A stretch of 64,000 nucleotides of DNA from Trichoplax sp. H2 (Eukaryota), in NCBI GenBank assembly GCA_003344405.1, contig NOWV01000178.1, positions 62,001 through 126,000 of the forward strand, in the 5' to 3' direction. Below are positions 51,488-64,000 of this stretch, piece after piece. The position numbers and the translations under genes were made by a program. Under the pieces are notes generated by a model. That model made no database searches. It worked only from the letters and a program-made list of their open reading frames with translations, and was not told the DNA's origin. Every line of letters starts with the position of its first letter. Position 1 is the stretch's first letter.

Positions 51488-54348
51488 TCAGCAGTCGTAA
51501 TCGTCGTCTTCATCATAACCGGTGTTGCTAGTAAGCCCAGGAAGCACCATATGTAGCGGCTCTTCTCTAGAAACATTATTACATAATTTGAGAGTGTTTA
51601 CTAACTAGTGTACAAGCATGCCAACCATATAAAGTCTAAAGTCTAATTGAAAAGACGGAACATGCTATAATACGTATTTGCTAATTACTCACTCAGCATC
51701 GTAATCATCATCATCTTCAACCTTTCTTTCATTTAATGCCACTGGAAATTCATCGGTTTTCTCCTTTCTACTAATATGTATTTTAGGTTTCGCTGTGGGT
51801 TTTGCAAAAGTTTCAGCTTGTTTACTATCGGCTACTGGCCAGTCATCAACCTCACTTCCATCCTATAATAATTTATGAAGATACGAAAGTCACTAAAGAA
51901 TTCATATCAATCATCATTAGGTGCACTACAGTAGCCAACTCATGAAACTTAAAACCTCAATTCAAAAAACGCTTTCTATTTACAGTGTAGTTTGGAAAAT
52001 TTTTTTCTTTACGAGGTCTACCACGCTTTTTCGGTTGTTGATATTCGCCCTGAGAACTCTGCTGAGAAGGAAGTTTACGTTTCTTTGTATTTTCTTGCGA
52101 ATTTGCAGAAATTTTCTTGGCAGTTGTTGTGGGTGCTTTCCTAGTAGTATTACATTCAAAAACGTAAAATACTTCAAACCTCAGTTTGTATAATAACTTA
52201 TTAATGGCTTTAAGTGTATAGTAGCCATTAATCGGTCCATTCAAGCATTAGAAAAATTGCGCTATTTTGAGATCCTTCAACAGTATCTCCAAACCTTATC
52301 GTAAAAGATTTCCTAGATTTATTAGCATCTACGTTTCCGTTATCGCTTGCTAACGACGGAACATTTGCTACGAATTTTTGTCCAAAATGGAATTTAGTGT
52401 AAGATTCTACACATTGTTTCCTGCGTGATAAATTGAGAAACAAAGATTTCATTTTCGATATATCCTCTAAATACCTCGGAGAAAAGGGGAAAATGTGTAT
52501 CCACACATGTATACTGCTTATAACAACGACAAATTATTACTATAATAAGACATACACATGCGAGGCGGTTAACATCCTGACCGAAAATCCTTCAGTACAG
52601 GACTCCAGCAGATCTCGTGCCATCATATCAAGTGCTTTAGCTAATAATATAATCAAGTTTCAAGATACAAGATAAATACAATTATTTGATCAATCATTTA
52701 AATGTATTGATAAGAGAGAAATGGTTATGATCCAATTGGTATATCTACGTAAGCAGTAGTACACAAGACATTCTTCCAAAATATCAAATATTTGACTTTA
52801 ATAACTGGGTAGTATACTGTATGAAATACTATAGTTTAGCGAAGGCAAAGGTCTCGCTTTAGCATACCTATTAGTACAGGTACCGAATTGGCAATTTTTG
52901 GTATATCCTCATTGCTCTGCATCATTCTTTTGATTTTAGCCTGTAAAGACATGAATATAATATTCATCATTGGTCCATTATATTTCGTCTTCCAATCTAG
53001 ATAGTAATGTAGATGGATATTTACTGAAGTTAACTTGATATACTATCGATTAGCGCATATCATCTATCGTCGTCGCGCTTCTTACTACGCTGTCCACTTT
53101 CGATAAAAGTATCAAGTTGCAGCCATGCAATTGAGATAATCTGATGTAGCGATTCTTTTTTTCATCTAGCAAGTATTGTAATTAATACTGTTTATCATCA
53201 ATTTATGGATTACATGGTATTAACGAGAAGAGTGTCATGACGTTAAAATTTTAATTGAATTAAGACTGGTGATTACGTCTGTTCGACATTTAGAGGGTAA
53301 ATGTTTGCAAGGCAAGAACAACATCTTGCATACGAGCATACCCCTGTAGCATTGACTAATAGGAGCTTTGCATACCAAAGTGACCCTTCACTTGATGATA
53401 TTGCAATAGGGTGATGATATGTGAAGATTAGAACATTCCCTTTGGATATTGCGTTGAAGCAACTGTATTTGTACATTGCTGTACTGGATAGCATTACATT
53501 TATGCCATCTTGACTGTAGTAGCCGTCTTGTTGGTCAACTCCTTACTGTATGACTTTATTGTTGCTGGCGTATTCAAATTTCAATATCATTTCTCCGGGT
53601 AGCATTCAGCAGTAGTAAAGTATTGTAATCGTACTTGATCCTATCAGTTTAGCAACTCGATACTCGACATTTCCATTTTCAATTCGAAATTTCTCCGGTA
53701 TCGGGATACCCCAAAATTACAAATAAAGAAAGATCTCTGATAACCTACTACATAATCTATTTATAAAGCTCCAACTCGAGCCATAGAAAAGCATGTATTC
53801 CGTTGATGTTGCAATAGTATCGGCGAGCATACAACGTCTATTATTCAATTGATTGAATTAATTGTAATCTAAGCTATTCTATCCCATGGTATTATTGACT
53901 ACTTCAAGGCTAGTTACTCGCTAACATTAGCAGTTGCTAAATAGGGCAAGCCTGTACAAGTAATAGCTGACGAAGGCCATTTCCTGCTGTCACTGATGAT
54001 TGTGGGCCAGACGAATGAATTAATCAATATGACACAGTAGAGTATCGTATACGTTTCCTGCGACGTCGACAGCTGCAAATAGTATGCTACACCTGTCATT
54101 GCTTGACTGCATCATACAATTTTAAAGGGTAAAATTGCCTTTTGCCAGCTTTTTTCCATGGTAAACCTATCCAGTATCCTCTATACTTCATTGTAGACAC
54201 TGTATGTAGACTAGGAGAGTGGCAAACTCATTGATATCCTAAGCGACTATCCACGTCTTTCATCCTCATCCTACTTCAGTCCACAGTCGTACAAGTCGTC
54301 ATTGCTTACCGAGGAGAAATGAGAGCCAGACTTTTTCTTGGGCGGCAT
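51488..54348 (-). CDS. DRAP1: DRAP1/NC2-alpha-like histone-fold transcription corepressor, ~242 aa; exons 54348-54310, 52940-52868, 52640-52556, 52420-52295, 52140-51984, 51862-51693, 51566-51488
   Basis: MPPKKKSGSHFSS|AKIKRMMQSNEDIPKIANSVPVLI|AKALDMMARDLL...MLTASHV|KQCVESYTKFHFGQKFVANVPSL matches the NC2-alpha pattern MPSKKKKY..FPP ARIKKIMQ.DEEIGKVAAAVPVII SRALE...HLKQCI...FDFLKDLVASVP. Acidic DDDYD C-terminus; phases consistent (729 nt). Confidence 0.85.
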
Positions 54349-54764
54349 TTTCAAAGATTAGACGTACAAGACAAGGATCAATTTTCTTCAACACTTTCCT
54401 TCAGCAATAGAATAGAGTAGGATTAAATAATAATTCATCGATTACCGTGGCGTGGCAACTTTCCAAATCAATTTTGAAAGAGTAAAAGTTGGCCAAGGAA
54501 CAACATGGAGATTGGGGCGAGCAAAACTCACTACAGTACTGAGTGCAATACGGTAGGCTGCAATTATGGGATGACTATAGATATCCACCGATGGGACACC
54601 GACTTGTATGCCACTGGCCCTTCTCGCCTATCGATGACGAATCTTACCAAATTGTTGGTGTATTCTAATGCTTTCTATCCATGTTTGGGGTATCGAGCTG
54701 TAGGCAAGTACGGTAAAAATACAAGTGGGATGATGACGAAACAGCATCGCTGAGCCGTCATGGT

Positions 54765-54956
54765 ACTGTACACTGTACACTGTGCACTGTACACTGTACA
54801 CTGTACACTGTACAGTATGGTGGATGATACATGATTGGAAGCAATTTCGCACTTTGCATCTGCTTGTATGGGCTATTTGCAGCATTTGGTACACAGTACA
54901 GCGGTAGTGGACCAGCGACTACTGTAGTGTACAGGGTACAGTGTACAGTGTACAGT
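54765..54956. repeat. Opposed heptamer microsatellites: (ACTGTAC)7 at 54765-54813 and (GTACAGT)4 at 54929-54956
   Basis: Read directly (one mismatch in each array); the second array is the reverse complement of the first. Confidence 0.9.
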
Positions 54957-56291
54957 ACATTGTACCGAACCTCTGATAGGCCTAGTACAGTATACTGTAC
55001 TGTAGACTATTGACTATGACGGCTTGACTTGTACTGTACAGTACTGTATATGGGTTGCCCGTACCGGTACGCACTGCGTCCATGAACCACTGTGTGTACT
55101 ATAGAGGTACAGTAGGTGACTGCGTACTGTGAATAGAGAAAGAGAGAGAGAGTGACACGCCCCCGAAACTGTAGTTAAAAACACGTCTTTGGGGCTTGCA
55201 CGTTGATGGAGCGGACAGACGGACTCAACTGGCAAAGAACATCGATAGATCAATGTGGAAGGGAAAATGAACAAAATGGAAGATTCATTAGCCAAATTGA
55301 ATAAAATACGTAGAAGAAAAGCTCACGTTTAATTAAAAGACCAGTGTTGCAATGGGACTGTACAATTCCAGTCAGAATGCATTGAACTCGTTGTAGACTT
55401 TGCTTACTGCCGTTTCAGTAAAGTACTTACGCGTATTCGACGAGTTCGATGCATTGTGAATGGCAAGTTGCAGCATTGGTCAAGACACATCATCTAGACA
55501 ACTCCTCTGTCATTCGCTGCACTGTAGGTGAAATTTTCAGCGCATAATGAACGATCATCATCGGATTTGTACAGACTAGAATTCAACCGAAATTTTGTTT
55601 CGATTTATCGATAAACATACGAAAACACAGTGGATGTCTAATCCTGTGAAAGCAGTATTTAAGCCATCTCATGGTTCAAGTAGTTTTAGACTAAAATTTC
55701 AACTAGGTCACGCATCAATATCATAACACAATAATTCATTCACTTACCAGGAAAGATATCCAAAATGCTTTTTACGAGTATATCTCTACCAATAACAATA
55801 TCAATATGCAATAACTGACTACATCATAATCTAGATCGCCCATTTTGAGCTTGATTACAGCACTGAAGGTTTTGCCAGTCAATGTTCTCACGTCAGCATC
55901 GAAATCGATCGACGGATTAAACTGAAATAAATGATATCATGCGGCAGAAGAAGCTTTGTCAATAGAATCTTCTTAGTTTGATAGCTTACTACAGTTTTAT
56001 TCGTATGTCCAAGAAGATGCAGCGTTTTAGATATCAGGCTTAAAAAAAAATCAATGCTAATGATTACAAACAAAGCAATTTAATTAAAGTACTGTATACG
56101 CTGACAGAAGTCAGCCAATGCAGTCTTGCAAGACAACCAGCCACACCAAATCAGGTCTTATACGATATAGCTTAGGAATATCCTTCGACTTGTGAAGCGT
56201 AATGTGTCATATATCTGAATCTTAGACTTCACGAAAATACACAACATAATGCATGCATACAGACTACAGTAATAAAACTACTTTAAGGAAT

Positions 56292-59200
56292 TTAACGGTA
56301 AATAACGCACTGAATTAAAGCAGACATAACGAATAATAGTATTAGCATAGGTTTAATACCGCTAGCATTATTTGTACACGGAGATGTATTGCTGGCTTTT
56401 AAAAACGATATTCTACCGTCAAGGCGAGTGATTAGAGGACTTCTAGCTTGTATATAAGCAATGGAGGCATCTCGTGTCAAAAGAGTTCCTTCTCTGTGAA
56501 TCACCTGTTTGTCTCGAAATACACTAAAACCTCCAAATCCTCTGCCGATATAAGACGGAGCTAGTACTTTATACATTTTATTCCTAATGAATTGATAGAA
56601 GATTGATATTAGTACAAACTAGCTGTTATGATGATACATGCAAAAGATGTCCATAGCGGTATGAAAGAAAGTAGAGTCTACCAATTTAAATAAGAATAAT
56701 TCTTTCCTGAACGGTTTTCACCAGTAGATAAACAGTAAACAAACTACACTAACAGACTCACTTGTCCATTGGAACAAATCTTGGCACTTTACACTGAGTA
56801 CAAATCACTTCTACTGAATGGACTCTTTCATTGGAAGGCTTAGCTAGATTGTATACTACCCTAAGTCCTAGACAATGAATAAGAAAAGTTTTAAAATCTT
56901 TCCTGTCACTGTTTATGTCGTACGGTGCTATAGAAGATTACGTTAAACCTTCAGATTATTAAATGAATTCAATATTGCAATTTTTATTTACCTGAAACTT
57001 GAAGGAATAGGCTTGATGGCTTCGATTTGTTATAATTGGCTACACCAAGTTCTAATGCCTTTATCAATATCGAGCCTGGCATGGTTAACTCATCGATAAC
57101 GTTATCATATTTAGTAATAGCGTGCATATTGGAAATAGTAATAATGCCTAGAATAAGAGCAAAAGTGTAAGGATTAGCATATTCTTAGCATAAATATCAT
57201 TGCGTAATTTAGGAGTAGTATTTCTTAAATCATCATTTGCATAGCTACTTTTACCTGGAGGCTTGTTATCGATAGATGCTAGAATATCACCGGCCTGTAG
57301 GATTGCAATCGATGCGTTGGCCCATTGGGAGCTATCGGGAAATCTTTGAATCTCTTGCACCATAGCATCAGTGAGTAAATTACCTATAGGGAGAGAGCGA
57401 AATACACTGTTCAATCATATTATTTTTAACTAGACCAGATTGACGGATTACTCAGCTACAACTATAGTTTTATAAAAATCTTTCTTAATATCGATTTGAT
57501 GAATACTATTGATTTTCCGTCCATTTGGAAATAATTAAAGTCAAAGATTGGGTAATATTTAATAATAATTAATGCAAAATGTCCTATAGTAATATATATT
57601 AATCGAAACCTAAAAGAGTTAGCAAAGATAGTTTAAATACATGAAATTGCTAATGCATCCTAAAGATTGAAACTATTAGTAAAGTAAATATTGACTATAC
57701 ATTTTCATTGGCGGTAAAAGTAATTAACTAACCCATATTGCATTCGTATAAACCACACGTAGCTCTGCTACCATCAATATAGACATGAGATCTTCCCAAT
57801 TCCTGCGCCGCAAATGCGCTGACTCCAGGCTGCCATCGTTTTACCTCTTGTTCCAAGGCTGTATCTTGTACAACGCTCTTGTCTAACAATATTGGTTTAC
57901 CATTAAAGCTTGTCAGGACACCTGTAATTAATTCAGTTTTAAAAGACGATACCAATCACCTTAAAAGGATTCTTTGTTTATAGAAAGTAAACTATAAGCT
58001 ATACTTTCTCACGATTTCTTTCTAGTTTATTGGATAACTAACATATGTAGTTCATAGGATGAATTAATGAACATGTTCTATAGAGGAAATGCTTACCACC
58101 ATCATCAAATGTCAATTCTAACCGGCCAAGATATCGACCGAATTCATAAGCTTGTACTACTGGAACTATTTTATTACTTTCTGTAGCACATTCTGACTTA
58201 ACAACGGTTGGATAGGGACCAGCAGGCTTATGATTAGTTGGTGGCTTGCCAGTATACAAAAAGGTGTGAGTATGAGCTCCAACAACGGCATCGATGCCGC
58301 ATACTTTAGCAGCTATTTGCTGGTCAATATCGTAACCAGAATGGCCAACGGCAACAATTTTATTGATTCCTTGATTTTGTAACTCAGAAACGGCATCAGT
58401 AATAGCTTTTATTTCATCGGTAAATATCAAGGTAGGTCCAGGTCTGGAAAAATTGGGAGTATTTCTTGTTGTATAACCTACAAATCCAATCTTTTCACCT
58501 CCCATCGTCAATATAGTATACTTGGTAAATAATTTACCGAAATCAGGATTTTTAGTGGCATCAATATTTGCGCTTATAACTGGAAAATTAACGCCTTTCA
58601 AAAACTCGCTAAGTTTTCCCAAGCCAGCATCAAATTCATGATTGCCTAATGCCTACAAAGAAAACTAGATTATTAATAACATGCTGCGGGTCCTAGTAAT
58701 GTTCATACTTATCATATACGCATATAATTAAAGTGGCGCATTATGATAAATTGATCGACAAATGCCAATACACAAATATCTAATGACATAGATATCATTA
58801 AAAATTTTCTGTAGGAAGTTCTCCGTACAACTACTGTACGTGGCCTACACAATGAGAAGATGTACCGTATATGATTAACAACTTAGCAGGCATTATTAGT
58901 TAATCTGTAGTTTATATCTACTAATAATTAATTTGTTAAAATCTTAAAGCAACATTTTCATTGGCAATATTAATTTCCCTAATGTGAACAAAAGCAATTA
59001 CAGTTATCCTAGATTGTTTGTACTGTAGGTCAGTTGTACGTTCCGGTCTTCTTTATAGGGTGGAGAAATTTTTACGGAAAGTGGGTGGGGTGTGGTGAAA
59101 TTTTTTCTTCAGTAGTCCCTGGTTATCCTCGAGTTCAAGCGTGGCATAAAATAAGGGACGAATCGTTTAATATTAATAAAAAATTGAATTTATACTTAAG

Positions 59201-60533
59201 GATATCAAATACTTTACATAGCCATCTAACGAAAAGTGATAAAACTGATTATAAGTAGTAATTATAGCTATTTATTTCAATAGCAAATTAAAGGGAAACT
59301 GTTGTATAACTCAATCTAAAAAAGAAAATTTGATTCAGATCGATAGCATTTGTAATGCGTGAGATTATTAAATGCCGAATTTATGCAGTATAAACTTAAT
59401 TTCGAAAAACACATTTTGACTATATTCGGAAGTTACTAAGGTACTAAGAATAGACTTAGTAGATGAACTCATTTGAACATTTGTGCCCATATTGAATTTC
59501 CTCCAAAACTCCTTTCCTTAGCGAATACTTCTCGCTAGTTGGCCCAGCGATACAAAAGTAGATTAATTTTTGTTCAGAAATAACAATTTTTATCCAATTG
59601 CTATAGCTGGATCAGGGCGAATACCGATAGAACGAAGATATACAATTTTTATCTCTTTTATAACTTCAATACTGCAAAATAGGGAGATTTCCTTCGAAAT
59701 CTAGCCTGATAGATCATCACGATTTTATCAGCATAGTTTAACAATGTTCCATCATGGTGCCATCCACTAGCAGTAAAAACAAATATTTCAATACTAATGT
59801 AGTGTATGACATAGTCATACTCCACTAGTGTAATTGAGGAAAAATTTAGAATTACTTTTAAATTCAAGAAAGAATCAAGAATGACTTTCTTTAGGTACGT
59901 CCATATATATTTTTGGACAATGATTTAGCTGAAATCGTCAGTTTATTATCTAATTTCTATTAATATTTATTTGACGAAGTAAAGCGTGATCATGACTACT
60001 TAATGGATATAGTTGCAAAGTTTGCAATATTAATGTTGAAAATCAAATTTGTAGTGACTTATGAAGAAAATTAATTGGCTCTAATTTAAGCTAAGCTTAG
60101 TGATGCCAATTTAATTACCAATTAATGAGCTTGAAATATCCAAAGAAAATCGAGAAATTTACTGTAGATTGAAAACTTAGAAAATATAAAGTAAACTCAT
60201 TTTGCTTCTTACCATCACGTCATACTTTAATAAATTCATAAAATTGCGACTGGCATTGCCTTTGTATACGTGGTACCACATTGTACCATGAAACATATCG
60301 CCAGCATCAACAAATACGGTGTTAGCAACCTGACTTCTGATCTCCGTTACTTTTGTCATCATTCGTGCAGATCCGCCATAGCAATTACCAGCTGATGAAT
60401 CTTGCGCTGAACAAGCACCATTTGGTCCAAATTGTTCAAATCGAGTGTGGATATCATTTGTATGCAATATTGTAACATCATAAGCGCTACTGAACGAGAT
60501 TATCGTGCAAATGAGTATCACAATCATCGCCAT
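56292..60533 (-). CDS. 5'-nucleotidase/apyrase family (CD73/NT5E-like) secreted, probably GPI-anchored protein, ~582 aa; exons 60533-60213, 58652-58097, 57921-57733, 57383-57255, 57147-56992, 56867-56762, 56583-56292
   Basis: Signal peptide; ILHTNDIH, DAGD, ALGNHEFD, VGHSG, VVGAHTHTFLY, GPYP, VPVVQAYEFGRYLG, ECNMGNLLTDAM, FLQVSG, CTQCKVP, DGRI; hydrophobic C-terminal tail. Total 1749 nt, in phase. Confidence 0.93.
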
Positions 60534-61389
60534 GTTCTCGCTTTTAAAAGTTGATGGCACTTTCAATACGACTAAGAAAAACTATAATAAAGGTTAATTC
60601 GTAGCAACTATATCTTAAATAAAATCTTTTAACAGGTATTTACTTTAATAATGTAAATTAGCCTTGACAATCTTGAGGAATCATTGTTTGCATTCTATAG
60701 AACTATCACCCAATCCGTAAGTAGCATGTTGTTTATTATTGGTAAGAGGAGGTTAGTTTATGAATCTAAATGAATCTGGTAGCCAGCTGTTACAGTATAT
60801 TATTATTATAATTCGTTACGGTCAGTAGACTGTTTTATAACTGAAACATTATCCTGAGCTGAATTTATTAACTTAATAGTGGACAGTCTGAAATATTTAA
60901 ACAGCAGCTAGTATGATATAGCACAATAACATCCGTTGTAGCAACTGTCCTGCAATATTATCATAATTATAATCGATGGAATTTATTTATAAGTAGAATA
61001 ATCTTGTACGTCTATAGCAATGCTAACTTTCAGGTCAGTAATATTGTTTGGGTATATACATTTTATTTCAAGTTCATCTTACAGTTATTCGTCATATTAC
61101 ATTGTTATTGTACAGGGTAATTTAGGATCTCATGTTGAAAGATAGTTCAGGTGTTAATAAATTGTATAAAAACCGAATGAATTCATTACAATGTCGGTCA
61201 TGGATACTCCAGTAATTATATATCATCTATGTTATATAATATTAGTATTTAGTGAAGTTGAAACAGATTTATACAAAAATGATCATTTTTAAAAAATCAT
61301 TAAAATATACAAACTGGCGATCGCTAGTGAGCAGTAAAGTTTAAAGCTATTTTGGTATGAGGGCGAAGAAGAAATTTAAAATTATCTAT

Positions 61390-63943
61390 CTAACTGTGAA
61401 ATACATTTCTGCCTCTGGCGCCTTGACTGCTGTGACTACCACGCTGTCCCCAACTTTTATTCTGATTTCTGTTTTGCTGACCAGTATGACCGTGCTGCCA
61501 ACCCCCTATGAAAATATTAAATGCAAATACATACATAACCATTTTCTTAAACTCCATTTTATGTCGACTTATATCTTCGATAAAGGTAATGATTAGATTG
61601 TGTAAAATAACTATATCGATTTCATATCCAAAGCAATTGCTATTTTAAAATTATCAGCTTACTTCCTTGAACTCTGCCTCTTCCACCACCACTAGCACCT
61701 CCGCCTCCTAGCACAAATATCATAATTTGTTAGTAAAAACAGTAGATAAAATTGATTCATCATTAAAATAATATTTTCTGAATATTAGTGTGAGAGATCT
61801 TATTCAAGGAATGATATACAGGGTTTTATGTGGAGATTCTGTTTCCAGTATAATTATATTATTGTAATGCCATTATACCCCTGCGATTAGACGGTTCGGT
61901 TCTCTCTCTAAATTGAGGCATATCGGCTGCTGCATCGTAATCTACTCGGCCACCTCGGTCTGGAACCTGTAAAATTAATTATAGGTAAAGCATTTAAACT
62001 TTTTCGATGTCGTTTAAGAGACTAGTAATATTTAAATATAACATATTAATTTTCAAGTATTAACGGGACTAGCAATTTTACCTTTCCAATAACCACTTTG
62101 TTTACTTCAGTTTCGGTGATTGCTCGAGCAATACCGCTGCAGGTTTTACTAACTCTTAATAAATCTACAAAACGATGGAGCCATCAATTTATAATAATAT
62201 AAACTGTTCATTTTGTTATTCTATTCTTTGCTAATCTCAGTTTGATTAAAACTTGTTTACAATGTATGTAAGCTATTTGCATACCTGTTCTTGCAGAAAA
62301 AAGATTAGCAATGCCAATATTACTTTCGGGTGTTAGATTTTGTCGCTGTGACGCATAAACTTCGGTAATTTCAGCTTCTTTTTCCTGATTGTAGGTAATT
62401 GGCATAAACTTCAAGTGTTATTGCCGTTCGTATAACAGTTTTATTGCGTATTATGACTTGTAAACATTCACTACCTTAATACGATCTGCCCAATAAAAAG
62501 ATTGAATAGTTACGTCTAATCTAGTTAGCAGCATTTGCTTTCTCATGGTATACTGCTTTATTAGTTCTTCGCTGATTTCATTTAATTCAGTCTAAAATTA
62601 AAAAACAGAGAATTTATTAAAAATTAAAGCACACATAGACTAGAGATAATTTCAAGTTTGTGAATAGAATCATTGGAAATTGCAAGGAGAAAACGTCCGA
62701 TGTATCATTATTAAATACTGGAATAATTATGTCGACAGTTGCGTTACCAGTTGCTGCTTTGTAAGACCCTTCGTTAACAAAGGTTTGCCTAATGTATTGG
62801 CAGGTAGTTCATTTAACAATAATTTGACCTAGTTACAGAGTAATCAATTAAGGCATCACTTTAATGAGCGTCTTTAAAAGGCGAACATGATACAAATACC
62901 GATCGTAGTATGTATACATGCGATTTAAAAATTACCTTCCTAACACTTATGATACCGTACGTATAATTTTCGATAGCTTACTGTACTGACTATATGATAT
63001 AGCAGAGATGAAATTATCAGATGTTATCCTACTACCCATCGCATACTAGCAAGATCCTAAATTTCTACCTTCGTGCTATCTGGTGATTGATCTTACCTTC
63101 CCTAGTATTGCATTAAATATATCATTCACGGTGTCACCGGCTGGTGAAATGCCTAGGACCCTACAAATACGTTGCAATTCCCGCTGCGCTATACCCGTTA
63201 CCTCTCTCCCCTAAGTAGCGAAAAGTTAATGCCTAATTACAACAGTATCATGTTATAAGCTACTGGGACTTCTCTAAAAAGTACGCGAACATATCGATTA
63301 AGCATACAGGAGATTCAGGATTGGTAGTTTCTGTGCTTTGCTGTTGTTGAAGAGGTGATTGATGCTGAATTATGATGGCAGCGTGCAATTCGGTACATAG
63401 ATATTCTGTGATAGTAAATATAATCAAAGGTAGTTACCACGATTCAACTATAATTGGCACTAAACGACCAACAATTATACCACTATTAATTACATCATTA
63501 TAATTGGCACCTAGCGGCTAACAATTATTGGTGGAACAAAAATTAGCCAGTTCTTTGTTTTACCTAATAGAAACATTCGTTGCTTTAATGTGGCAAAAAT
63601 ATCTTCTTCTTCTTGCATTAGAACATCATAGTTACATTCTATTAAAAGGGATAGATTTTTCTGATTATCTTTCTAGGCAAACCATTATAATCAAAACCAT
63701 GTCCATTTTACATTTAGCGGTCCAATGACATACATATTTCTGACAGAAAAACTAGTAGGTAATTACATAGCACTGCCGATATATCGGAAAATCCGTGAGA
63801 AATTTTAGGATGTTATGAGCTGATTGTAGTGACTATCTGATGGATACCTTTACTTAGCAAATAGGCGTTATCAATACTTAAATAAATACCTAATAGGGTT
63901 AAAAGTTGATGATAGGATCGTGATGTTGCTGTATAGTCATCAT
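61390..63943 (-). CDS. FAM98: FAM98 family protein (tRNA ligase complex subunit family), 3' part; 5' exons lie beyond the window end
   Basis: Exons 63943-63890, 63638-63564, 63405-63308, 63210-63097, 62828-62748, 62591-62475, 62384-62285, 62164-62082, 61966-61879, 61707-61663, 61505-61390. Motifs YLCTEL, LGKPLL, RKQMLLTRLDVTIQSFYWADR, VIGKVPDRGGR, DMPQF and a Gly/Arg-rich tail. Confidence 0.9.
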
Positions 63944-64000
63944 CTATTCAATTACAAGAAATTGATTTTGGATTCAGATAACTGTTAGCATTTGGTCAAT

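Noticed and set aside
1-64000. tRNA, rRNA, snRNA genes and autonomous transposon ORFs
   Set aside because: None recognised by eye; a tRNAscan-SE/Rfam/RepeatMasker run would be needed to exclude them.

Overview
AT-rich eukaryotic genomic DNA with compact, intron-rich genes and three N gaps. The gene content and vertebrate-like intron positions point to an animal, plausibly an early-branching one such as a placozoan (inference only). By manual GT-AG splicing I reconstruct nine protein-coding genes. On the + strand: fumarate hydratase, a type II membrane mucin-like protein and an unidentified 5-exon coiled-coil protein. On the - strand: a 20-exon M1-aminopeptidase-fold protein, a Na+/Ca2+ exchanger (SLC8/NCX), alpha-SNAP, a DRAP1/NC2-alpha-like histone-fold protein, a 5'-nucleotidase (CD73-like) protein and the 3' part of FAM98. 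The main highlight is the M1 aminopeptidase. Its ~1195-aa frame is intact, but it has lost GAMEN, HExxH and the catalytic Tyr and carries a mucin stalk. It lies tail-to-tail with a 'headless' mucin that shares its cytoplasmic E-x-S-x-LIDES tail and transmembrane anchor, suggesting a non-catalytic receptor/mucin pair derived from one peptidase ancestor. A second highlight is the CD73-like protein, which keeps its dimetal site but has lost the nucleotide-binding Arg/Asn/Asp residues. The window also holds a ~160-bp satellite, several degenerate intronic tandem repeats, a 27-bp palindrome with a 5-bp target-site-like duplication, and TACAGT/ACTGTA clusters near gene starts. All exon models and alignments were made by eye; no searches were run.
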